A stretch of 64,000 nt of DNA from an uncultured archaeon. GTDB lineage: Archaea > Thermoproteota > Bathyarchaeia > Bathyarchaeales > Bathycorpusculaceae. A program made the translations under genes and the position numbers. This document shows, one piece after another, positions 49,240-57,995 of the stretch. The first letter of the stretch is position 1; every line of letters starts with the position of its first letter. The stretch covers positions 64,001-128,000 of the forward strand of contig CAWENF010000021.1 in assembly GCA_963810275.1 (NCBI GenBank), written 5' to 3'. The notes under the pieces were generated by a model. It saw nothing but the letters and a program-made list of their open reading frames with translations, was not told the origin of the DNA and searched no databases.

Positions 49240-49810
49240 TACATCACCAGAATACAATTGATAGAGATATTTGTGAGAATTAAAAGATGGTGGTCAAAAG
49301 TTTAAACTAAACCATATTAGGCAACGCAAAAGAACATTCATTGAGTTAAACGCCAATAGACTTTGAAGATATTCATTCTTTTCTTGCAGGTACTTTGAGG
49401 TTCAGTTTTTTATTAGCGCCTTATATTGTTACTTCTGTGACTTCATTGTTTTTCGACTAATGTTTCTTATTCCAAAAAATTCGACTGAAGTTAAACGCTA
49501 ATTTTATCTGCATAGTTTAACTAAGAAATAAGGAATAGAATAATACATGATTTCTTTAGAACAGATATTTCGGTAGATTGGGCGCATTACACAAATACCA
49601 GCGACAAAAAAAGACCCTCTCGTAAATAGCAATCCTCTAAAATTTTATCATCAGCTGCTCAAAAGCTTTCAGAAACAAAAAGAGTGTTGTTAAGCAAGAA
49701 ATCAAACCGACAATAATTGATAATAAAAATACGGGTGTTCAAATAACATAAGCTCTTTTAAGTCACTAAGTTTAATCTAATTATATAACCAAATTTTTGG
49801 TGGAAAAAGT

Positions 49811-50539
49811 ATGGGTGTAGGCGACGATTTCCATAACCAAACTAAGCATACCCGTCTTAGCTTAAGAGGCAACGGTTTGGATTGGGTAAACAAGCCAGAG
49901 ACTTACAAGAAATATTCAGAAGCCAAAACCGTAAAACTCCCCAAAGAATACATACCGCAGAACCTACATATAGGAGAGATTTTGAGGAAGCGTAGAAGCA
50001 TCCGCACCTACTCCAAAAAACCCGTTGCGTTGGCGGAATTGTCGTTTCTGCTCTGGGCATCCACTGGCATCCAGCGCACTGAACACGGCATGGAGTTCCG
50101 AACAGCCCCCTCGGCAGGCGCACTCTACCCAGTTGAAACCTATCTCTGTGTAAACAACGTCGAAGGCTTAGAGCAGGGGATTTACCATTATAACATACAA
50201 GACCATACCCTTGAACTTCTAAAAGAAGGGTTTTTCGGGCAGAAACTGGCGGATGCTTCACTTGGGCAGTTAATGTTGGCGGAGGCCCCGGTGGTTTTTG
50301 TATGGACAGGTTTTTTTGAGCGATCAAAATGGAAGTATCGGCAGAGGGCTTACCGATATATTTACTTGGATGTGGGCATTGTTGGCGAGAACTTGGCGTT
50401 GGCGGCTGTGGGTATTGGTTTTGGCTCCTGTCAGGTCGGAGCGTTTTTTGATGACGAAATCAACGCCATCCTCGATGTGGATGGAACCTCTGAGAGCACG
50501 CTTTACTTAAGCGTGGCCGGACATCCACAACAACCTTAG
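49811..50539 (+). CDS. SagB/ThcOx-family nitroreductase
   Basis: Motifs RRSIR, RTAPSAGALYP and YRYIYLDVG...ENL.L. Confidence 0.92.
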   Translation: MGVGDDFHNQTKHTRLSLRGNGLDWVNKPETYKKYSEAKTVKLPKEYIPQNLHIGEILRKRRSIRTYSKKPVALAELSFLLWASTGIQRTEHGMEFRTAPSAGALYPVETYLCVNNVEGLEQGIYHYNIQDHTLELLKEGFFGQKLADASLGQLMLAEAPVVFVWTGFFERSKWKYRQRAYRYIYLDVGIVGENLALAAVGIGFGSCQVGAFFDDEINAILDVDGTSESTLYLSVAGHPQQP

Positions 50540-50540
50540 C

Positions 50541-51413
50541 TCATACGTCTAGGAGCCTCTTGAGCCGCAGCACTAAACCCTCACGCTCGCTAGGCTGAGA
50601 AGTCCACATGCTACGATAATCACGAAACTGTTCCCCGCCGATTTTACGCTGCTTCTGAAGCTCACCCAGTAGCCGCATAAAACCCTGAAGATCAAGCTGC
50701 TCGTTGGTTACAGCACTTGCATGTTTGCGTTCGGAGTATGATTTGGCGCCTATGAGTTCGCTGTCTGGCGGCGGATAAGTTTCGTATAGGAACCTTGCGA
50801 AGTACAGTGGCGCCCAACAATTGGTTATGTGCAGACTGTTTTTGGCTTTAAGAAGTTCTTTAGTATAGTGTTCGTATTCTTGCCCCATAGAGAGGTACTT
50901 AGTTTGCCCAGAAGAGGTTTCAGAGATACGGTTCACGAAGTGCCGAAGATGTTGGTTGCAAAAAACCGGTAACACCGTCCCTTTTTCGACATTAAAACAG
51001 TAAATGATTCTTTTAGGCACCAACTTATCTTCTCCTACACCACCTATTCGTTCCCAACGTGCATCAACCTTTTCGGCCAAACTTTTTCGCTCATCTACCG
51101 CTATACGCAGCAGGCTTTTGAGATCGCTGATTTGCAGCCTTGCATTTCGATAAATGTTGCCGCTACCCAAGTTGGAGTAGCTAACGGGTTTAAGCGCCCG
51201 CTCAAGCAGCTGAAAGAATTCACCTACTTCGTCAGGATTGACTTTGTAGAGTTTGTCAGCGTCAAGCCACTCGATGGTTCGAAGGTTTTCGCTAAACGGG
51301 TACTTCTGGCGCAGCTCCTTTTGAGCGGATAGAGCTTTTTCTACGTCGTGGCGAGATATGCCCACTTTGTCGTACGCTGAGGCTTTCTCGAGCAGCAGGT
51401 TATTTTTAGACAT
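50541..51413 (-). CDS. Hypothetical protein
   Basis: 290-aa ORF with plausible composition and a TATA upstream. No recognised motif. Confidence 0.75.
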   Translation of the reverse strand: MSKNNLLLEKASAYDKVGISRHDVEKALSAQKELRQKYPFSENLRTIEWLDADKLYKVNPDEVGEFFQLLERALKPVSYSNLGSGNIYRNARLQISDLKSLLRIAVDERKSLAEKVDARWERIGGVGEDKLVPKRIIYCFNVEKGTVLPVFCNQHLRHFVNRISETSSGQTKYLSMGQEYEHYTKELLKAKNSLHITNCWAPLYFARFLYETYPPPDSELIGAKSYSERKHASAVTNEQLDLQGFMRLLGELQKQRKIGGEQFRDYRSMWTSQPSEREGLVLRLKRLLDV

Positions 51414-51536
51414 CTTTAACCGCCCAACAATACGTGGCTAACCATATAAAAATTGCAACCAACACGTCGGTAACAGGATACTTTGGGTGCAAAAACTATA
51501 ATACAACTGTCATTAGAATTTCCGTTGGGGTTATCC

Positions 51537-53042
51537 TTGACAGATAAATCCATAATCATTGTCGGTGCAGGCTTAGGCGGCTTAGCAACAGGATGCTACG
51601 CCCAAATGAACGGTTACAAAACCAAGATTTTCGAGATGGGAAACAAACCGGGCGGCGTTTGTGTGGCTTGGAAACGCAAAGACTACAACTTTGACTACGC
51701 CGTCCACAACGTCTTTGGAGTCACTACCAACCCACAAATAAAAAGCACCTACACACAGCTCTGGCAGGAACTGGGCGCCCTCAAAGACACTCCTACGTAT
51801 CAGTTTGAGGAGTTCGTACAAGTAGAGGACGTAGATGGAAAAAAACTCACATTATACACGGATATAAACAAGCTTGAAGCCCACCTCAAACAACTCGCGC
51901 CAGCGGACAGCAAAGTTATCGAGGAGTTCGTTGGGGCTGCAAGAAAAATCGGTGGACACGACTTGTTCGACGCCGTGCTTGGGGGAATTGGAGCAAAAAT
52001 CAAGCTGCTGCCCCTGATGGGATTACTGATGAAGTTCGGTAAAATCAACATCAAGGACTACGCTGAAAAATTCAGTGACCCCTTCCTCCGCAAAGTCATC
52101 CCCACCATCCAGTACGATATAGGCGAAGTCCCCACTTTGGTGCCGCTAATATTTTTGTCCACACAAAGCAAAGGGGATGCAGGCTGGCCCATAGGCGGCT
52201 CCAATGCGCTTTCAGGCAACATTACCAAACGGTACTTGGAGCTTGGCGGCGAAATAGCATACAACAAGAAAGTCACAAAAATCATTGTAAAAGACGGAAA
52301 AGCGGTGGGTGTACAGCTTGAGGATGGCTCGGAGCATTTGGCTGACCGAGTGGTCTCAAACGCCGACGGCTACCAAACAATTTACACCCTGCTTGAGGGA
52401 AAATACACCACCAACGCAATAGAAGCATACTTTAAAGCGTATCCGAAGATGCAGTCGTTTGGGCTGGAAGTCTGGTATGGAGTCAAGATGGAGCTAAAAG
52501 GCGAGCCGCATGCCATAGTGTGCTTCCTTGAGAAGCCCATAACCGTCGAAGACGTTCCCCGTGACAGGTTAGACATTGAAGTCTTCAACTTTGAACCAAC
52601 CATGGCACCTAAAGGCAAAACAGTCGTCAAAGTCGTTATGGAGTCCAACTATGATTACTGGAAAGCACTATCCGCGAACCCAAAAGCCTACAAAAAAGAA
52701 AAACAGAAAATCTCTGACCAATTCGCATCGGAACTGGAAAAACGGTTCCCAACATTCCAAAGCAACATCGAATCCATCGACGTAGCAACACCTCTGACGG
52801 CAGAGCGTTGGACGGCGCTGCATCGTGGCTGCCAAGCTTGGCCTGTACCCAAAGAGTTCCAAAAAGAAGTCAACAAAAACGGTTTATTCAAAACTCTGCC
52901 CAGGCTAGTGAACTTTTATGGTGTGGGACAGTGGGCTGGCGGTACGCTTGGGTTGACCACAGTTTCGCTGATGGGTCGCGACCTTGTGAAGACCTTCTGT
53001 AAGTTGGATGACAAAAAATTCGAAATCAAACCACCGAGTTAG
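51537..53042 (+). CDS. Phytoene-desaturase-like FAD-dependent oxidoreductase
   Basis: Motifs IIVGAGLGGL, PGG....W.RKDY.FD, PIGGS, DVATPLT and GQW. TTG 51537 is the likely start. Confidence 0.88.
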   Translation: MTDKSIIIVGAGLGGLATGCYAQMNGYKTKIFEMGNKPGGVCVAWKRKDYNFDYAVHNVFGVTTNPQIKSTYTQLWQELGALKDTPTYQFEEFVQVEDVDGKKLTLYTDINKLEAHLKQLAPADSKVIEEFVGAARKIGGHDLFDAVLGGIGAKIKLLPLMGLLMKFGKINIKDYAEKFSDPFLRKVIPTIQYDIGEVPTLVPLIFLSTQSKGDAGWPIGGSNALSGNITKRYLELGGEIAYNKKVTKIIVKDGKAVGVQLEDGSEHLADRVVSNADGYQTIYTLLEGKYTTNAIEAYFKAYPKMQSFGLEVWYGVKMELKGEPHAIVCFLEKPITVEDVPRDRLDIEVFNFEPTMAPKGKTVVKVVMESNYDYWKALSANPKAYKKEKQKISDQFASELEKRFPTFQSNIESIDVATPLTAERWTALHRGCQAWPVPKEFQKEVNKNGLFKTLPRLVNFYGVGQWAGGTLGLTTVSLMGRDLVKTFCKLDDKKFEIKPPS

Positions 53043-53131
53043 GGTTTTAAGAAAAAGCAAACGCCAAATAGCCCCATGTAGCGAGAGAAAAGTACACTTA
53101 ACCCATTTTACTATAAAGGTTCAATCGGCAG

Positions 53132-53515
53132 CTAGTGAAGCGCTAAACTCAAGGTTAGGATGACAAGGACGACCATTGTAATTGCCACGTACTTCCAGTT
53201 TTTCTCCCAACCGAAATAGATAGCCGAAGTTATGCCTCGAATATAAGGTGTCAAAACTAGGACAATGATGCCTAACGTCATGAATAGGAGGGCGTTCTCA
53301 GCAACGAAAAGATTCTGTAAATTAGCAACTACGAAGGCAAAAAAGTTCTCGCCCTGAATATAGACACCCGGATTGCTGGATACATCCACATTGCCGTATA
53401 CGCCAAAGTACAAGCCAATGCCGATAACTTCAAGCACCACGCTCACAACCACGCCAACTATGAGCAGAATACTAATGACGGTTTCCAGCTTTGATTCTTT
53501 ATCTTCGGTTGTCAT
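53132..53515 (-). CDS. DUF1634 family membrane protein
   Basis: GIIVLVLTPY.R motif. Coupled to the TauE gene. Confidence 0.85.
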   Translation of the reverse strand: MTTEDKESKLETVISILLIVGVVVSVVLEVIGIGLYFGVYGNVDVSSNPGVYIQGENFFAFVVANLQNLFVAENALLFMTLGIIVLVLTPYIRGITSAIYFGWEKNWKYVAITMVVLVILTLSLALH

Positions 53516-54339
53516 AGGGCAGTTACTCCTTTGTAGAGCATCTGAATAATCATCAGGGTAACGATTATCATGAAAAGGATTTTGAGGTGCTTATCATTGA
53601 AGCGGCACAGCAACCGTCCGCCAACGACTGCGCCAACTGTGACGCCCACTGCCATCGGAGCCATCAACGTCAAATTCAGCAGCCCCGAAAACAAGTAAAC
53701 ACTTACACCAGCCAATGCAGTCATGCCGATAACGAAACTGCTTGTGGCTGTGGAGACTTTAGCTGGAACTTTGAGAACCTTTTCGTGCACAATAACTTTG
53801 AAAGCACCTGCTCCGATGCCAAGCATACCCGCCGCTATACCCGCAACCAGCATGCCTGCTCCACCCAGCAAGGAGTTGGTGGCTTTGTAGTTGACTTGTT
53901 TGTTTTTGGATTTGTCAAAATAGCTGCCATGCAGTCCAAGCCATCGGGCTATGTGGTCCTGCTTTTTTGGCGGCGTATATTCTTCGAAGGATTTTCGGAC
54001 GTTATAAAACGAGGTGCATAGAAACGCTGCAAAGAGGAAATACAAGAAGATTGGCGCAATTAGGACGGTTATGGTTGCTCCAATAATTGCACCGATTATA
54101 GTAAACATTTCCAGATACATGGCAAGACGGATATTGGTTATTCGTTCTCTTACAAACGATGCTGCCGAGCCGCTTGAGGTAGCGATTATGGCGACCATGC
54201 CGCATGCGATGGCTTCCTGCACGGGAATACCAAACGCAACCAGAATGGGAGTGAGCATGCTAGCTCCGCCAAGCCCGACAAGAGACCCTAGGAAACCTAC
54301 CAGCACCGAAATTAGAAGTAGAGAAAGCATGTCAATCAA
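53512..54339 (-). CDS. TauE/SafE (TSUP) family exporter
   Basis: Motifs GSLVGLGG, IATSSG, GMLGIGAG and STATSSF. Confidence 0.9.
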   Translation of the reverse strand: MIDMLSLLLISVLVGFLGSLVGLGGASMLTPILVAFGIPVQEAIACGMVAIIATSSGSAASFVRERITNIRLAMYLEMFTIIGAIIGATITVLIAPIFLYFLFAAFLCTSFYNVRKSFEEYTPPKKQDHIARWLGLHGSYFDKSKNKQVNYKATNSLLGGAGMLVAGIAAGMLGIGAGAFKVIVHEKVLKVPAKVSTATSSFVIGMTALAGVSVYLFSGLLNLTLMAPMAVGVTVGAVVGGRLLCRFNDKHLKILFMIIVTLMIIQMLYKGVTAL

Positions 54340-54572
54340 AGCGCTGTCTCCACTCGTAAAAGAAAGTTAGGTCTTATTAAAACCACGCCTATCTAAATCG
54401 CGGGTTTTTGGATGTTTATACGTCGGTTTTTCGTTAACAAGAGTCACCTTATTACGGATTGTGATACCATAGTCTTCTTATAAAGCGGCATAACCAAACC
54501 TAATACATATCAAAACGCCCTTCTGCCAAAACATATATGCTGCATGCGACTCCATGCTTTCTGGGTAAGCAC

Positions 54573-54980
54573 ATGAAAAAACTCTTCATTTCAGGCCCCA
54601 TAATCGGAATGGAAAAACAGCAGGACTACCGAGCAGTCGTCACCGATATTGCCCAAAAAGTTGGTTTTGAAGTGATTGACCCGTGGAAGCGTGAACGAGT
54701 CATTTACAACGGGACGGAGGAGTGTTGGTGGGATAAGGTGCCGACGTTTGATTTTGTGCAACGGGACCTAGACGACGCTGACCGGTGCGACGTTATGGTG
54801 GTGTATTTGCCGATTTTGTCGGCGGGAGCTTGCATGGAGATGTTTTATGCTAAACGCAAAGGCAAACAGATCGTGGTGATTTCGACAATTAAGTGTTTAA
54901 GTCCATGGATCGTTTTCCATTCTGACGCCATAATCATCGATTTTGGTCAACTTGAGGCAACTCTAAAAAAGCTCATGTAA
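54573..54980 (+). CDS. Nucleoside 2-deoxyribosyltransferase-like protein
   Basis: LFISGPI, RDLDD...CD and SAGACMEMFYA. Confidence 0.8.
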   Translation: MKKLFISGPIIGMEKQQDYRAVVTDIAQKVGFEVIDPWKRERVIYNGTEECWWDKVPTFDFVQRDLDDADRCDVMVVYLPILSAGACMEMFYAKRKGKQIVVISTIKCLSPWIVFHSDAIIIDFGQLEATLKKLM

Positions 54981-55012
54981 CAAGAGTCTCGTAAAGCCTA
55001 TATCTGGCCAAG

Positions 55013-55600
55013 TTGACAAGTCAGTCGTTGGTGCATCCATTGGACGCGTTAACCGTAATGCTTATCGCTGTGGGGTTAGCGATGGATGCGTTTGCATTGT
55101 CGATTGCAAAAGGTATGACGGTAACCGCCAACAGGCGCAAAGCTGCAATGTTAACGGCGACGGCGTTTGGCGGATTTCAGATGTTTATGCCGGTGATTGG
55201 ATGGACAGCAGGTTTGGCTTTTGCAGATTTGATTTCGAGGGTGGACCATTGGGTAGCATTTTGGCTTCTCGCTTTTATCGGTGCAAAAATGATTTATGAA
55301 GGCACAAAAAAAGATATTGAAACCCAGAATGCTGCAGATTTGAAACTACATGCTCTGCTAATTTTGGCGGTGGCGACAAGCATAGATGCTTTAATAGTGG
55401 GTTTGAGCTTCGCATTTCTGCAAACGTCGATTCTGCTACCAATTGCAGCAATTGGGGGAGTAACCTTTGGTTTATCGTTTGTTGGTTTCTATTTCGGGTC
55501 GGGGCTTGGCAGACGGTTTGGGCATCGAATAGAAATCGGGGGAGGTGCCGTTCTTATTCTTATTGGGGTTCGAGTTCTGCTGGAACACCTGCTGGTTTAG
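55013..55600 (+). CDS. mntP: Manganese efflux pump MntP
   Basis: Motifs LAMDAFA, FQ.FMP, DHW and ATSIDAL. Confidence 0.92.
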   Translation: MTSQSLVHPLDALTVMLIAVGLAMDAFALSIAKGMTVTANRRKAAMLTATAFGGFQMFMPVIGWTAGLAFADLISRVDHWVAFWLLAFIGAKMIYEGTKKDIETQNAADLKLHALLILAVATSIDALIVGLSFAFLQTSILLPIAAIGGVTFGLSFVGFYFGSGLGRRFGHRIEIGGGAVLILIGVRVLLEHLLV

Positions 55601-55692
55601 ACTGCAAAAATCGCAGTTGTTCGTTCAGTTTGCAGCAACATAGGCTTAACAATTGTTTCAGGGTAGTGTAGGAAAATAAGGAGTATGATGAA

Positions 55693-55938
55693 GTGATATC
55701 CGCAGTGATTTTAGTCAATACAAATGTGGACCAAGAAAAAATTGTCGTGGAGAACATAAAAAACCTTGAAGGCGTCGAGGAGGCGCATGCGCTCTGGGGC
55801 GTGTATGACCTGCTGGTAAAGGTAAAAGCGCACTCCATAGAGAAACTCAAAGAATTCACCCAGTTGCAGCTTAAGCGTCTCATGGGGGTATCCACCACTT
55901 TAACCTTGATAATGGAAAACGAGTTAGAGGTGGATTGA
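55693..55938 (+). CDS. Lrp/AsnC ligand-binding (RAM) domain protein
   Basis: GVEEAH...GVYDLLVKV and GVSTTLTLI. Confidence 0.88.
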   Translation: MISAVILVNTNVDQEKIVVENIKNLEGVEEAHALWGVYDLLVKVKAHSIEKLKEFTQLQLKRLMGVSTTLTLIMENELEVD

Positions 55939-56109
55939 TCTGGCGACGCAGCAGATAAAGATAGTTAGCGCAAAAGAGTATATGCCGAGAATCAACGATG
56001 TTCACTTACCTTGCCAATGGCTAAACCACTGTGGCGACGGCAAATGCCCTGCTTTCAGAAAAAGAGCCAGGAATTTTTACTGCGCAAAAAAACACGTCTA
56101 ACTTGAACC

Positions 56110-57729
56110 CTAATTTTTCCTTTGTTTTTTATGTTTAAATTCCTCTCGCACTTGCATTTCTCGGCGTTTGCGGTTATAGCCTACTGAGAAGTCGTGGGTA
56201 GCGTCTCGGATTTTTCGCAGCAATAACATCATGCGGCTGTTTTTGTCAAAACTGTGCGGCGTGGGGTCATCTGGGTAGTAGAGTTCTTCTCGTTCCTTGG
56301 CTAGCCCAATCAGGGGGATTTGGACGCCGAGCTTGTCAAGTGCGGCTTTGGCTGCAGCTACCTGTCCAGGTCCACCGTCAAGGATTATTAAATCCGGCAG
56401 TTGATTGTGTTCGTCGAATTGTCGCTTATACCTGCGTCCAACCACTTCGTTCATGGCTGCGAAGTCATCTTGTCCAACAAATGACTTGATTTTAAATTTG
56501 CGGTAATTTTTTTTGTCGGGTTTAGCGTCCTTGAAGGCAACCATACCTGAGACGACGTGTTCGGTCCCTAAGTTGGAGATGTCAAAACACTCGATTACTC
56601 GGGGTACTGTGGGGAGATTTAGGTTGTTTTGCAAATCGATTAATGCAGAGTCGTATTCTAGGCTGAATTCCAAGTTCTTTTCCGCCAGCTTAAGCAACGC
56701 CAGCTTATCGGCTTTGCGTGGAATCGTCAGCGACACTGGCGCTAGTCGCCGTTGACTAAAGAACTCTTCGAGCGCCTGCTTTTCGGCTGGTTCCTGCCAG
56801 ACGGGCTTGTTTAGCAGGATTTCTCGAGGGATTCGACTAGAGGTGTAGTAGGCTTTTAGGAATTCCTGTTCCACTTGAGGCTGAGCGTCCACTGAGAACT
56901 CTCTTTTGCCCAACAATACACCTTTTCGAACGCCCATTTGCACCGCATGCATTTTCTCGCCGACCTGTCGAAATACCATGACGTCTTGGTCGAATCGGCG
57001 TTCGTTATCCACGATTTGCCTTTGGGTTAGGAGGCGGATAGATGCGACTTGATTACGCAGTTCCAGTGCAGTTTCGAACTGCATTGCCTGCGAAGCTGCC
57101 TGCATACGCTCGTTGAGCGTATCGAGCGTTGTTTGGTAGTTGCCACCCAGAAAGTCGCGTGCCTGCTGAACCTGCTCTGCGTACTGTTTGGATGTGACGT
57201 AGCCGACGCAGGGGGCACTGCATTGGTGAATGTGGTAGTTTAGGCAGGCGCGTTTGTGCATGTTTTTACAGGTCCTTAGTTTGTAGACTTTGGTTACGAG
57301 GCGCTGTAGGTCTTGGCGTGTGAAACCGTCTGTATAGGGGCCAAAAGATTCGAGTTTGCGACTGACTTTGCGGCTGGTGAGGATTCGGGGGAATTCCTCA
57401 CGGGTAAGGGAGATATAGGCGTAGGTTTTAGCGTCTTTTAGGTTAATGTTGTATTTTGGGGTGTGCTGCTTAATCAGTTTGTTTTCGAGCAGAAGCGCTT
57501 CGACTTCATTGTTTACGATGACCCAGTCGATCCTTCGAATATTCAAAACAAGCCGCCGAGTCTTAGCCGACTGATCCCTACCCTGAAAATAGCTTTTTAC
57601 TCGGCTACGCAGGTTTTTGGCTTTGCCAACATAGATGATTTCGCCTACTTCATCGTAATACAAGTACACGCCGGGCTCAGTTGGGATGTCGCCTGCTTTG
57701 AATTCGGATGGGTCAGCTAACGGAATCAT
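56110..57729 (-). CDS. uvrC: Excinuclease ABC subunit C
   Basis: GIY-YIG motif PGVY...IYVGKAKNLRSRV, plus IECFDISN and LDGG.GQ. No C-terminal HhH domain evident. Confidence 0.96.
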   Translation of the reverse strand: MIPLADPSEFKAGDIPTEPGVYLYYDEVGEIIYVGKAKNLRSRVKSYFQGRDQSAKTRRLVLNIRRIDWVIVNNEVEALLLENKLIKQHTPKYNINLKDAKTYAYISLTREEFPRILTSRKVSRKLESFGPYTDGFTRQDLQRLVTKVYKLRTCKNMHKRACLNYHIHQCSAPCVGYVTSKQYAEQVQQARDFLGGNYQTTLDTLNERMQAASQAMQFETALELRNQVASIRLLTQRQIVDNERRFDQDVMVFRQVGEKMHAVQMGVRKGVLLGKREFSVDAQPQVEQEFLKAYYTSSRIPREILLNKPVWQEPAEKQALEEFFSQRRLAPVSLTIPRKADKLALLKLAEKNLEFSLEYDSALIDLQNNLNLPTVPRVIECFDISNLGTEHVVSGMVAFKDAKPDKKNYRKFKIKSFVGQDDFAAMNEVVGRRYKRQFDEHNQLPDLIILDGGPGQVAAAKAALDKLGVQIPLIGLAKEREELYYPDDPTPHSFDKNSRMMLLLRKIRDATHDFSVGYNRKRREMQVREEFKHKKQRKN

Positions 57730-57995
57730 GAACTTCTGCCAATACTTATGTGACTAAAACGCTGGAGGCATTAAGCATTTCTCACATCGACAAAAAATTT
57801 TTGTTTTTTTGATTTTAGTTGCCGCCGTGGATCACTCTTCCTTAAAACCAACCATCTATGAAGCAGCGTCTGCTTTGGCGTTTGCTTTTCTGTTGCGTTG
57901 AATGCTGGTTGGCGCTGGTTGCGCTAAGCCCCGCCTGGCGTCATGGCTTTTAGGTTACTTTCTCTGATGCGCGTGTGGCTTAGTCTGGAAAATGG

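Noticed and set aside
54981-55012. yybP-ykoY manganese riboswitch upstream of mntP
   Set aside because: The intergenic gap is only ~30 nt, too short for the motif.
57780-57990. GC-rich uvrA-uvrC spacer as a tRNA or ncRNA
   Set aside because: No cloverleaf, T-loop GTTCRA or convincing long stem was found by eye.
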